From Octopus vulgaris (taxonomy: Eukaryota), in the NCBI GenBank assembly GCA_951406725.2, contig OX597818.1:142848001-142912000 (forward strand): a DNA stretch of 64,000 bases. The letters are read 5' to 3'. This document shows positions 52,901 to 64,000 of this stretch, piece by piece. Below the pieces are notes generated by a model, which worked only from the letters and a program-made list of their open reading frames with translations, was not told where the DNA came from and ran no database searches. Position numbers and translations under genes: made by a program. How positions within the stretch are numbered: position 1 is the stretch's first letter; each line of letters starts with the position of its first letter.

Positions 52901-55900
52901 GCAGGTGTAGTGTTGGCGAATCTTGGAAAGCATGGAAGTTTTGAAGGATGCAGTGCTCCGACAACTAACAACTGATGCCAGCAGTCTGTTCCATACTTCA
53001 GCAACTCTCAGCGTGAAAAAATGTTTCCTAAAGTCATGGGAGCTGTGCTATTTTCTGACTTTGTAAATATGTCCACGGGTGTTAGATGGGTGGAGTTTGA
53101 AAAAGTGCTCAGAGTTATTGTTTGTAAGATGGTTAATAATTTTATGGGTGTCTGCCAAGTCAGCTGCCAGACGTTGGAGTTTCAATGTGTCCATGCCCAG
53201 GGAAGTAAGGCAATGTATCTGTGCATTTGGAAGAAAATTTGCATTTAAACATGCAAAGAATTTGAAATGTCATGCAAAGAAACAAAGTCCTATTGATATC
53301 AATTATCCTTTCAAATGTTCAGCTTGTAACTGAATTTGTCTTTTTAAGGCTGGTTTTGTTAACCATTCAAAGATAGATGAACCAAAGCAACCACACTGGA
53401 TTAACGATTAAGTAAAATAAGCACATGCTTAGGGCATGAAGGGAAGTGGTGGTGGTACCGCAGATATGGTAAATAATTTACAGCACAAAAGAAACCGCTT
53501 TAAACTTGCTAAAATAATATTCAGTGTGGTTTATATGACTGGAAATATAATTTCAAAGTGTTCATGGTGTCATAGAGAGGGTCTGATCAAGGACCTCGTG
53601 ATTAAAAAAAAGTAGAAAACCAAAAGACTGATTGAACGAAACTATGGTCTGAAAATGTAACCCATGTTTATCCTACTCATAAATTTACACTTGAACTAAT
53701 TTTATGCTCTTCCAACACAATGAATTGACCTTGTCTATGTTTTTTCTACCACAATGTTTTCAAAAGTTATATGTGTGTGTGTGTGTGGGTTCTAGTAGCA
53801 TATTTAAAAAGTTTTATGATGTTAATACCTATCAACAATATTATTCTTCCATTGTGACAAATAAAATAATTGTGACCAAAGAATGTCTGGGTATTTAGAT
53901 CCACATCAAAGACAGCATCTTAAGTTCTTGTATCTGTGACTCTTCGGCAACCATATTTATTATTTCTGCTACACTTCGGCAAACAGAGGGTTTGCACAGT
54001 AAATCGAACTTAGCAAAAGTACACCACATAAGTATTGTAGATATATTCTGTAATTAATTTCAGCTTAATCAATAGTTAATTAGTTATTTAAGTAATTCTC
54101 TAATTATATTTTCTGTCATGCTTAATTATTTATACCTATCTTTTGATTTAATCTTTCTTCAGTTGGAATGTTGCGGAGTAGATTCAAGAGGTTGGGAAAT
54201 ATACAGAGAATCTCGCTGGTACCGTGACCAACCCAGTAAGTTTTTTGATTTTTCTTGGTGTTTTGTTGAAAATAAACTCTTTTGCATAGAGGAAAAAGTA
54301 AATCCTATTGATGATGTTGTGTGACCCCAGATCAACTGTAGTCAAACAGATAAAAATTAAGGACAATATAATCGTGACCATCCCCATTATTTTTCAGGAG
54401 CATGAAAGACTATAGTATCTAATGTATCCCTGCTTTTGTTCAAGATGGTAGAATGTTGGCTTAAAATTTCATTCTTGTCTGTATTTTTAGGGGGTTTATT
54501 TTAATTTTTTCTCTTGACATGAAATAAGTCTTTTATCTGTGCTTCTATACAAACCATCAGTGATTCTTCCTAAATGGGCTGAGATTTGAATTAGTTGAAT
54601 ATTGGTTTCAAATTTTGGCACAAGGCCAGCAATTTCGGAGGAGTTGATTACACCAACTCCAGTGCTCAACTTGTTGTCCCTGAAAAGATGAAAGCAAAGT
54701 TGTCCTTGGCAGAATTTGAATTCAGACCGTAAAGATGGATGAAATGCCACTAAGCATTTTCCCTGGCCTGCTAACGATTTTGCCAACTCACTGCCTTAAA
54801 TCAGTTGAAAATTAAAATTGCTTCTTCCTTTTTTTATCACAAGGTATGATAGGACTAGGACCAGTGTTTAGTTCTGGTTACCAATAATACAAGGAAGTTG
54901 TCAGATAAATCTTTCACTTGATGTGAGGTCTTGTGCAGGAAACATATTTTTTTGGCTAAAGAGAGGATTGAACTAACACCTCAATTAGCTAAACATTCAT
55001 TAGGTCTGCAGTGTTTCAACAGAGAATTTTATCTCCCTATGATACCTACTGAGGTCTAGGTAAACCTGGTTATTCAGAGTTAAATGTCCTGGTCATATAT
55101 TCCTTATTACAGCACTTGGGACTTGTTATAAACTGCTAAGTATTGAGGGACGACCTAGGTAGGTAGGTATTATTGCTAACTTGGTCATCTTTAGATCTCT
55201 GATTCAATGTTTTGTGATTTAATAAGTTGAAGAAGAACAGTAGCTGTCTCTTCTTGGTTAGGGCCTTTGAGATTGTAATGAAGAAACAGAAGAACTGACA
55301 ACCCTTATATTCAAGTCTGGGAAATGAAGAACAGCAATCCTGAACTTTACAGGTCCTTGGAGATTGTAGCAGAAAAATGGAAGAATGGCACTCATAAGCT
55401 TTTTGAAGTTTTGCAACTGAAACAAGAAGAAGAAACTCTGGCCTCTTTGTAGAGTCTTCAAAGCTGTATTGAGGAAATGGACGGAAAATGTCTGACCTTT
55501 TACAGGGCTTCCAAGAATATCAGGAAAAGAAGAAGAAACAATAATCTCTTTATAGAACCTTTGAGACTGTAGCAGGGAAGAAAGTACTGACCTTTTTGTT
55601 TGAGGATTTTTGAGGCTGTAGAAGGGAAGAAGGAAGAAACTTGTAGTTTATAATTTGACTGGAGACCTGATCTGAATGGTTGCAACAGAATGGACTCTGC
55701 TAAATGCATCCAGGAAACGGTTGGTAGTGTTAACTTGGGCAAGAGATTGTCTATCATTGAAAAGAACCCTGGACATCCCCCCACCAAAAAAAAAAATTAT
55801 AAACCATCTCAGTTATAAGCCAATCAACAGGATTCCCCGGTTTCTTTCTACTCTATTTTACTCAAAGTTTATGTTGACTCCATATCTAATTATAAAGACA

Positions 55901-58900
55901 GTCCAGTGTGGTGTACAGTGGGATGTAATTGTAGACCATGTTATTGTGAATATCCAAGCTTACAGCTTTTCATACATAATACAACAAAATCACATTCACA
56001 CACAACACACACAACACACATGACAATCCCAAAATATTTTAAAGTCTTTATCTGTGCCTTTCTTTTCAAGTTAAATATTTGTAGATCTGTTTGTGTATCT
56101 TTCAGTTATGTCTGTGTATTTACATAAGCCAGATTGCATGTATTCTTACATAATACTTTTTAACTCTATTTCTTATTTTCTGCTTATCTATTTGTACACA
56201 GATTTGTGAATGCCTCAGTTTATGTCCTGAGGTCCTTTTTTTTTTTACAATCTTTGAAATGTTTTTAGTTATTGCTGTTTAGGCTTAAAGTTAGTTATCT
56301 ATCATCAAAGACTTTTTGATTATCTTGAATTTTTTCAAACACAGAGTATCCAGGACTACATTTTCTAATGCAGTGGTTCTCAATCCTGAAGGCATGTGGC
56401 CTAGCAGTTAGGGTGATAAGGTCATGGGTTCAATTCCTGGACTGGGTGGTACATGTTTTTCATCCTGGGTATGCTGCTGTTGCCATAAGTGAGGGGGCCA
56501 AGGGAATGAGTGTGTGTGTGTCTGGTTGCAACAACATAGGCACCTCCAGCAAGCATGGTATGTACTACTAAGCCACTTCACTTGTGAGTAACAGCTGGCT
56601 AAAGTGCATCATAATCTTTTTGGCTTAGTGGCACACTGGAGATAAAAATATAATTACTGGTACACTTTGTTTAAAAAAGCACAATTAAAAAATTCAGGAA
56701 AAATGTATAAAAAATACCTAAAAAATCCCCAACTTAAACCTTGTTTTATGTTATACTTGTTTATAGCAAAATTACGAATAGTAAGGCTTTTAACATACTC
56801 AAGCATAGATTTGCTGCAGCCCCGAATTGTATATTTAGAAATCTGTAGAACACTTAAATACCTTTTGCAATCAGTGCTGCCTCCTGAGCCTGTTAGGCAG
56901 TTGCCCAGGAGCTCCAAGAGTCTAGTAGCCTAAAGCAGATCTATGTATTATACCTTGATTCAATAAATGCTATAAGCCTTTGTGCATTTTTTTGTCTGGT
57001 GGGTTAAGGTAGTGCTATAATGTTCTATAGGTCCACTGATTTGATGTATCTTTTTTTTTGAGATGCTAAGGTATTATTTAAGTGAGATTTAATTGCTAAT
57101 TTTAGCAGGTCAAGCCATTGCACTGAAGCTCCTGCATCAGCTAGTGTTGGTCATGATTTGCTTCAGGTTAGCCATAACAAAGCAGACATTATGAGACACT
57201 CCTTATGTGACTGACCAATCTCTAATGTTTTTCATTATTTTGTTTAAACTACAAGGGAGGTCTGAGAGAGTGTTTATGCTGGTTTGTGACTACATATGCA
57301 CCTAAAGCAATTAGCGAAAGCATGGTATTTGTTATCAAGTCATGCTCATTTGTGAGTGATAGCTATAGTCTTTTTTTCCCACCTATCTCCCTCTATGGTC
57401 GGCTTTTGGTGGATGAGGGAATTGGATACCACTGCTCTTATTGGGGTTTCTTGACATGACACAGGTTCATCTAGAATTTGTTATTCTGCCACCACTGAAA
57501 TAAACAAATATAGCCACATGCTCTAAAGTGGTTTATGAGTAAATGATATAGGGTTGAGGAAACCTTTTAGTCTTGTCATGGATATTACAACCCTTCTAAT
57601 GCTGGTGTCATGATATATAACAACCAGTACACTCTGTAAAGTTGTTGTGTTAGGAAAGACACCCAGTCACAGAAACCAAGCAAAAAAAAAAGAAAAAAAA
57701 AAACAAGATGTGACCATCCAATCCATTTAGGAGAGTATTAAGGATTGGTTCAACCTATGCTAGCATGAATAAGAAATGATGTTGAAATGAAAAAATTAAA
57801 TTCTCTGGCGTTATTTTATCGTCACTTTTTTCCATGCTAATTAGGGGAAAAAATGTAAAATTCTTCTTCTCAATATTTTCTTCTAGACACTGCCATCAAG
57901 TTTGTACCTGTTTCCTGTTGTAAAAATATTCATGTCAACAGAATAACTAGGACGAGGCACTGCCAAGAAACCACTATGGGTCCACCTGCTGTTACAGAAG
58001 GTGGCAAAAATGACTATTTATTTTATCAGGTAAACTTTCTCTAATTATTTTTTCATATTTTTTTTCTTTAAAAATATTTCAACTGTAACAAAGATTAGAA
58101 ATGTTTTAATTTTTCCAAATTTAGTGATTAAAAAAAAATCTAATTGCTCAAACAATAACCAGTTTTACATTTAAAAAAATTCTGTTAGTGTCATCCCCAA
58201 AATGTGTTCCTGATCTAACACACATAGAGCTATCTTCCTCAAAACCATTAACTAGACTATCTTACCTATTATATATCTTATATGGACTATTGGCTAGTGA
58301 TGTGTCCTAATGAAAAATATGAAGTAGCATCAAAAAGTTCCTGGACTAGTTGTGTTTAATAAAAAATAACTTACAATATTTATCTAAGTTTTAGCATCAT
58401 CTCCTTTGAAATAGTCACTCTATACAGCAATACACTGGTCCCAGAATTCCCACCACTTTTGGAATCCCGTCTGGAAGCAGTATTCCCTTAGTGAGTTGAG
58501 GACCTTTTGCGATTCACTCTTGATCTCATCAACAGAGTTAAAATGGTGACCTTTGAGCTGCATTTTCATCTTGGGGAAGAAATGAAAGCCAGCACATGCT
58601 AAATCTAGCAAATAGGGCAGCAGGTGCGGTAGTGATACCATGTTGTTTTGGGGGAAAGAAACTTATGAGTGGGGAGAGTTTGGGGACAGAATGCATTGTC
58701 ATCATGAAGAATCCAATTCTTTGCACTCCACAAATCCAGTCGTAAAAATAAATGAATAAAAGGAAAAATATATACAATTGGTTAAAGTGTGTTATTTTTC
58801 ACCTGCCGGCTTTAAAGACTAGACCCACTCTCAATTGCATTGCCTATATTGCCCTTAATTTAAATATAATGAAATTATTGTATACAGTGCTCAGGTGCAC

Positions 58901-60277
58901 CACAACTCTTCTTGGATTTATTCTTATTGGAGTTATCCCCCTTACTTATTAGCTTAGATTTCAAACACTCTTAGAGGGACTTTTCCCACCTTTTTCATTG
59001 CATGTATAATATCGATAGAGTAATTCAGTAATTCTACTGTGAGAACCAACCCTATTTATAGCCGTATTCCTCCTATTTGGGTTTCAACGAGGAAGTTTAT
59101 TCAACATTTGGTAATTCCTTGCTCACACTGTATCTGTTTGCTTTCAGGGCTGCTATGATGCTGCCTACACATTCGTGATGGATCAAGCTGGCATTCTTTT
59201 AGCTATTGGCTTTTCTTTCTCCATTGTTTTGGTGAGTATTAAGACATCATTTAAATGACTTTATGAATAAGACCGTCTTGTGTAATGTCAGCTTCCATAG
59301 AAGAGTTATGTACGAAAATGCCTTGTAACATCCCTCATACTTGCTTAGATCTGTCATACACCTATAAATTCCATTTGGCTGGAGCTAATTCCAGCTTTCA
59401 GATCTGTCACATACCTATAAATTCCATTCGGCTGGAGCTAATTCCAGCTTTCAGATCTGTCATATACCTATAAATTCCATTATAAATTCCATTCAGATCT
59501 GTCATATACCTATAAATTCCATTCGGCTGGAGCAATTCGCTTTGTCATATACCATAAATTCCATTCGCTGAGCTAATTCCAGCTTTCACGGCAAATATGT
59601 GATCAAGAGTACAACACACCTCCATGAATGAGAAGCCTACCTACCTCAGAGTTAACCTCACCCTCCATAGTTGCTGGTACTCGTTTTCAACTAAGTGGAC
59701 TAGAACAGTGTGAAATGATGTTTTGCTCAAGAAGACAACATGCTACTTGGTTTGAGAATCATAACCAGAATCCTACATTCATAAGTCCAACACCTTCATC
59801 TCATTAATTAACGATATTTGTGCAACGAAAAGAAAACATTAGCCTAATAACTACTATTAATCTAATCTTGTCAAGTAGTGAGAGCAGTTTTGGACATGTT
59901 TCAGCCTTATTAGATCTCCTCAGTAAAGCAAAGGGCTTCCCATACTCCTCAGATTGATAAGAGAATCACTGTATTGATTGAAATACAATAATGTGTATAA
60001 AGATGTATCAAAAGTTATAATGACTGGTAGAATTTTACCCATGGGTGACACATTTTCATGCACTTTGTGTCCAGAAGTAATTTCCTCTAGGTTTTGATAC
60101 CCTTTCTCTTTAAGGGTTTGTCTGGTGAAGCGGTCACTTCCTGTAGACTATTTTGGCTTTCTTAGACTAGGACTTTTGGGGGTTGATAAAATAAGTACCA
60201 GTTGAGCACTAGGGTCAATATAATTGATTAGCAAGTTCTCGCTGAAATTATTGGTCTCGTGCCAAAATTTGAAACTA

Positions 60278-60308
<31 letters not shown>

Positions 60309-61049
60309 GAAGGTAGTAAGCTGGCAGAATCATTAACTCGCTGGATTAAATGCTTAGCAGTACTTCGTCTGTCACTACTTTCTGTGTTCAAATTCTGCCG
60401 AGGTCAACTTTGCCTTCCATCCTTTTGGGGTTGATATATTAAGTACTAGTGAAACACTGGGGTTGATGTAATTGAATAAAACCTCTCACCTTAAATTTCA
60501 GGCCTTGTGCCTTTAGTAGAAAGGATTTTTATGAAGGTGGTGAGCTGGCAGAATTGTTAGCATGTTGGTCAAAAATGCCTATCAGCATTTCTTCTAACTC
60601 TGTATATTCTGAGTTCAAATTCTACCAAGACCTTTGCCTTTCATCTCTTCAGGATCAATAAAAATAAAGTAGCAGTCTAATACTAAGGTTGATGTAATTC
60701 AACTTACCCACTCCCAACAAATTGCTGGCCTTGTGCCAAAATTAGAAAGTATTATTTTATAGGGTCAGTGAATTGGTGAGAACAGTTCATGTCAGACAAA
60801 AATGCCTTGCAGAATTGTTTTGGCTCTTTACATTCTGAGTGCCAATTCCACTGACTTCAACTTTGCTTTTCATCCCACCCAAAATTGATAAAATAAGCTA
60901 TACCAGTCATTGTGTTTTTTATATATTTTCTTATTTGTTTTTCTTTTTGTTTTCTTTTCCAGATATGTGGTCTTGTACTATCACTTTGTCTCTTTAGATA
61001 CATTAAACGGACCCCAACAGAGAACAGGGCGACTAGTGCACCACTTTAA
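40112..61049 (+). CDS. Tetraspanin (6-cysteine large extracellular loop), spliced: join(40112..40165,43552..43743,50350..50424,51880..51999,54163..54235,57887..58029,59148..59231,60963..61049), 275 aa
   Basis: Eight exons with AG/GT boundaries join in frame (intron phases 0,0,0,0,1,0,0; 828 nt incl. TAA). The protein has four hydrophobic segments, the TM1 'N.LF' motif, 'GC....RE' after TM2, LECCG, PVSCC and FYQGC: the standard tetraspanin signature. Subfamily not assignable by eye. Confidence 0.95.
41652..41947. repeat. Diverged ~31-bp minisatellite in coding intron 1
   Basis: Recurrent ggataacctattatcagctctatttcctct-like units. Confidence 0.7.
42168..42560 (-). mobile_element. SINE family B, CpG-decayed copy in coding intron 1
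   Basis: Reverse match to 27524-27909 with many CG>TG/CA changes. Confidence 0.82.
43552..43743 (+). CDS. Tetraspanin coding exon 2 (IAGLVTFAIGVW...LGCVTSWREMRFGVLI): end of TM1, small loop, TM2
   Basis: ttctacag acceptor, GTAAGT donor, 192 nt, lies inside ORF 43423..43884. Confidence 0.95.
44100..44295. mobile_element. piggyBac-type MITE (196 bp)
   Basis: TTAA|CCCTTTCGTTAC ... GTAATGAAAGGG|TTAA. Confidence 0.8.
45181..45240. repeat. Near-perfect 60-nt hairpin (28-bp stem, GCCA loop, one mismatch)
   Basis: tagtctgagacaacctacaagacccatg-gcca-catgggtcttgcaggttgtctcagacta. Confidence 0.95.
45720..46088 (+). mobile_element. SINE-like family C with internal tandem repeats (ggtggcacgtaaaaagcacc) and (GAT)n tail
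   Basis: Relatives at 48560-49036 (+), 47417-47700 (-), 40780-40980 (-), 35090-35330 (-). Confidence 0.82.
48560..49036 (+). mobile_element. SINE-like family C copy
   Basis: Matches 45720-46088; ends ggacgttaaacgatgatgatgatg. Confidence 0.8.
49426..49670 (-). mobile_element. Helitron 3' terminal fragment
   Basis: Minus strand CCGTG-aagttta-CACGG hairpin, then gtccag-CTAG|T. Confidence 0.65.
50350..50424 (+). CDS. Tetraspanin coding exon 3 (YFIILLFIFVFLVIASILAVVFRGE): TM3
   Basis: tttttcatttcag acceptor, GTAAGA donor, 75 nt, phase 0/0. Confidence 0.92.
51880..51999 (+). CDS. Tetraspanin coding exon 4 (LEDVMSKSMGETLIKQYG...TKAWDLTQER): constant helices of the large loop
   Basis: ttattttag acceptor, GTAAGT donor at 52000, 120 nt; 'YG' and 'AWD..Q' motifs. 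Confidence 0.94.
52745..53195 (-). mobile_element. CR1-type LINE 3' end
   Basis: 'SNTRGHIYKVRK*HSSHDFRKHFFTLRVAEVWNRL..SVVSC.STASFK'; short tails of the same family at ~51380-51440 and ~58862-58907. Confidence 0.82.
54163..54235 (+). CDS. Tetraspanin coding exon 5 (LECCGVDSRGWEIYRESRWYRDQP)
   Basis: ctttcttcag acceptor, CCG motif, phase-1 GTAAGT donor. Confidence 0.95.
55260..55645. repeat. Highly diverged ~50-bp-period tandem repeat in coding intron 5
   Basis: Recurrent ctgacctttacagg.cc.ttgaga.tgtagcag..gaagaa-like units. Confidence 0.55.
57887..58029 (+). CDS. Tetraspanin coding exon 6 (NTAIKFVPVSCCK...HCQETTMGPPAVTEGGKNDYLFYQ)
   Basis: ttttcttctag acceptor, phase matches exon 5, PxSCC motif, GTAAAC donor. 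Confidence 0.93.
58318..58745 (-). mobile_element. Mariner transposase C-terminal relic with right TIR
   Basis: ORF 58420..58641 'PYLLDLACAGFHFFPKMKMQLKGHHFNSVDEIK....F..GFQKW..FWDQCIA' (decayed YSPDLAP.DF region); TIR-like tatgaagtagcatcaaaaagttcctggact. Confidence 0.82.
59148..59231 (+). CDS. Tetraspanin coding exon 7 (GCYDAAYTFVMDQAGILLAIGFSFSIVL)
   Basis: gctttcag acceptor, last loop Cys (GC), start of TM4, GTGAGT donor. Confidence 0.94.
59347..59587. repeat. 53-bp minisatellite (~5 units, later ones deleted) in coding intron 7
   Basis: Unit agatctgtcatacacctataaattccatttggctggagctaattccagctttc. Confidence 0.9.
60170..60910 (+). mobile_element. Head-to-tail array of about four CpG-decayed SINE family A units, ending just upstream of the last acceptor
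   Basis: Repeated aaggtggtgagctggcagaattgttag...ccttttggggttgat...ggccttgtgcc units. Confidence 0.82.
60963..61049 (+). CDS. Tetraspanin coding exon 8 (ICGLVLSLCLFRYIKRTPTENRATSAPL*)
   Basis: Long polypyrimidine tract then cag; TAA at 61047-61049; AATAAA hexamers at 61049 and 61129. Confidence 0.92.
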   Translation: MCGLVLSLCLFRYIKRTPTENRATSAPL

Positions 61050-61790
61050 ATAAAGATTGATTGTCCAGCTTAATGTGTGAATATATGTGTGTGTATATAT
61101 ATATGTATATACACACACATTTCTTAAAAATAAATAGACACCATATTTGAAAAAGATTTATTTCTAGAAACAAAATAATGTTATTTGATGCATTTAATTA
61201 CTTAATCTAGTAATTAGTAGTCTTGTTTTGTGCAGTTTTTAATAATATAATCCTTTTTGGGCATCATACAAACGATTGGTGTCCATCAAGGCGAAACAGT
61301 AGAACGAGGGTGTGTCTATTTACTTTTGAGATGTGTGTGTGTGTTTACATGTTTATAAATTCACACATGCATACATATGTATATCCATGTATATATGTTC
61401 AATACACACAAACAACATAATTGCATGTACAAATGTATGTAAGTGTGTCTATGATATATATATATATATATATATGTGTGTTTGGGTGTACAAATGGAAT
61501 AGCAGGTACTCAGTGCGTGTAGAGACTATTTATTTGTTCCATGTTGATGAGTCATTTCATTGCCAGTTTGAGTTTCTCACTTTTCTGCTTTTGTTTGTTC
61601 ATATATATATGTGTGTGTGTGTGTGTGTCTGTGTGTATACACACTATACACACACGCATGCATGCATACCTTTGTCTGCTTACTGCTACAAAGGCACCTA
61701 AAACAATTACCAAAAGCATGGTTCAAGCTTTCAGCTCATACTTATTTGTGTGTGACAGCTAAACTTTATATATATATATATATAATACCA

Positions 61791-61829
<39 letters not shown>

Positions 61830-64000
61830 TCGATTTATAAAGTAAGTTTGTTATTTTGTACATAAAAACTGAATTTTCTTTCTGCTTGTCATTAACTTAG
61901 TAACTAATTAAAGATTTGCTTAGTTATGATTCATTATCATCTGCTGAAATCCAGCAATCTAAAGGTGTTGCTATTTCTCTCATCTTTTAGTGAGTGCATT
62001 GTTTCGAAAGATATCCATCACATGGCCCTTGTTGGGTATAGTTTATGATGACCATCTGGTTGACTTCCTACACAGTCATCACCTCTCCCCCATTCTACTT
62101 GTAGGACTTACAACTGAAGCTTTACAAAGGATCTTATCCCTACTGTATTGATGATTATTGATATTACTAGGGTGTAGTAGATTGGTGGAATTATTAGAGC
62201 TTTAGAAAATTGCCTTGTGGTATTTCTTCCAGTTCTTTATAGTTTAAATTTTGCCGAGATCAACTTTTGCCTCTTATCCTCTCATCCTTTCAAATAAATA
62301 AAGTATAGCATCAGTCAAGTAATGGGGTTGATATTATCAACTATAATTCATCCCTCGAAATTTCTGACCTTGTGCCTATATTAAAAACAATTGCTATTAT
62401 TCTGAGAGCCTGTTTGGAATTTTCTTGATTTTCTGAAATTCATTTGCTTCTAAAATTTAAAAATAGAGAAAAGGGAAAAAATATTAAAAAAATAAACTTC
62501 TTGCAACATGTGGGAACATGTGGAAATTAAATACTTCTGACAAAGTTGCTCTCTCAGTTGCTTTCATAGAAGTGGTTGTGATGTTTAGTTCTTGATCAAA
62601 GCAAATTGTTACCATCTCATGTTTGAGGGGTACAGTTTACATTATCTGATGTGCTTTTGCTTTGTTTGAAGAGGATGCTATTTATGGGATGTTTTGCTGC
62701 TATCTTTAACAGGTGTAATGTCCACTTAGAGGCATCCTTATTGGCGTGTAATAGTTTTGCAAAACTTTAGCTGTGGATATTACCACTTCTGTGAGATTTT
62801 CTCCTGTTCTGTAAAAATTGCTTTTAGAGTACAAACGACTTTTTTGCATGGAAGTTGCCTTCTCTTCAGAAATATTTTTTACTAATTCTTGTTGCTTCCT
62901 CTTATGGATGCTGTCTTCTCATTAGACAGTTCCTCTCCAACAGTAATTACTGTTATAAAATTTCTTATGACAAAATTTATCAGGCTTTAGACTGTCATTT
63001 AGTTTAGTGTATTGTTGTTTGCCTCAAGTCAACTTTATCTAAAAAGACCTATGATCAAAACTGTTCCAGCTGTAATCCTTTTCTAGGACAGTAGTGTGTG
63101 AGTTTAGGGAGATTTGACTGCTATTTCTAGCAAATCAGTTACTGGTGTTAAGGGTGTCTCATTGTCAGACTAACTGTGGAAACATTAACAGCTTGCACTT
63201 CACTCTTATACAGTAAGCCAACAAAGGCATGGTTGCTTGAACTGTTAAAAATGGCAGCCAAATCTCCTTCAAATCTTCCCCTACCATTTTAAATATAAGA
63301 AGGATTTAATAAAATACTTGAAGAACATTTATGAAAAGAAGAAAGATAGGATGATTATGACTGGAAGATTTTTGATAATGTGTCTGCTAAATCAGGGTTG
63401 ACTTGGGTTAAACAACAACAAATCTGTTTATTTGTAATGGTGTTTAACTTTCTCTTTCACAGTCAGTCTACTGTAAACAGTGGGAGCACTGCATGGTTAA
63501 TGAGCATTTATTTTATGTTGCAATGTGGAATTCAAGTTTTCCTATAAACATGGGTCATTATAGAAATATTCACATTATAGCCATGTCTCAATCAATCCAA
63601 TAATGACCATCCAAAGCAAAACCTTAATGTGAGTGAATTTTACAAAGAATTTTTCACAGCAACCACTGCAAAACAGTAAACTCCCGGAAAGTGGGTAGGC
63701 ATGGGTCCATGTGGTTAAGGAGTGGGTCCGTGTGGTTAAGGAGTTTGTAAGTGAAAATATATGAAACCTTTACGTGACACACAGCACAAGTATCTTGTAA
63801 TAGAGCCTTCAATTGGCAATACATTAATTAGAATTTGATAGACAGAAACTCTGGAATCTCATTTGGGCATGCTAGAGCGCATAAATGTTGGGTGTAAGTA
63901 CATGTGTGCATGTGTATATGTTTGTATGAGTGTATGTGTGTGTATGCATCTTTTGACATATATTGGAATGTTCTGTTAAACACCAGTCTGCAAACAAACA

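Noticed and set aside
59347-59587. Palindrome-containing direct repeats superficially like a CRISPR array
   Set aside because: No unique spacers, no cas genes, eukaryotic intron; it is a minisatellite.

Overview
AT-rich, repeat-dense animal genomic DNA. The SINE, RTE and CR1 content and the microsatellites look like an octopus (coleoid cephalopod) genome; the species is inferred. Only one host protein-coding gene is supportable: a + strand tetraspanin with 8 coding exons (40112-61049, 275 aa, CCG / PxSCC / GC motifs, 6-Cys large loop). All its introns are GT-AG, and at least one upstream non-coding exon could not be located. The rest is transposon-derived: RTE, CR1 and other LINE fragments, at least four SINE families, several Helitrons (one end-complete), two mariner relics, a Ginger/Gypsy-type integrase relic, hAT and piggyBac MITEs, and a Merlin (IS1016/IS1595-like) transposase relic with several GGATCT...AGATCC non-autonomous elements, two of them with perfect 8-bp TSDs. 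Most notable: (i) a 1.49-kb Merlin-type element whose ~600-bp interior has no CpG and looks like captured host DNA (Pack-type element); (ii) a 709-bp nested foldback member of the same family; (iii) telomere-repeat/G-quadruplex motifs in these MITEs; (iv) a CpG-decay boundary near 35 kb, consistent with gene-body methylation; (v) scattered degenerate hammerhead-ribozyme motifs; (vi) an intronic 28-bp hairpin with a single A-C mismatch; (vii) dense CAGGTA/CAGGTG clusters upstream of the gene. Most ORFs in the supplied track are repeat or microsatellite artefacts. All coordinates and family calls were made by eye, without database searches.
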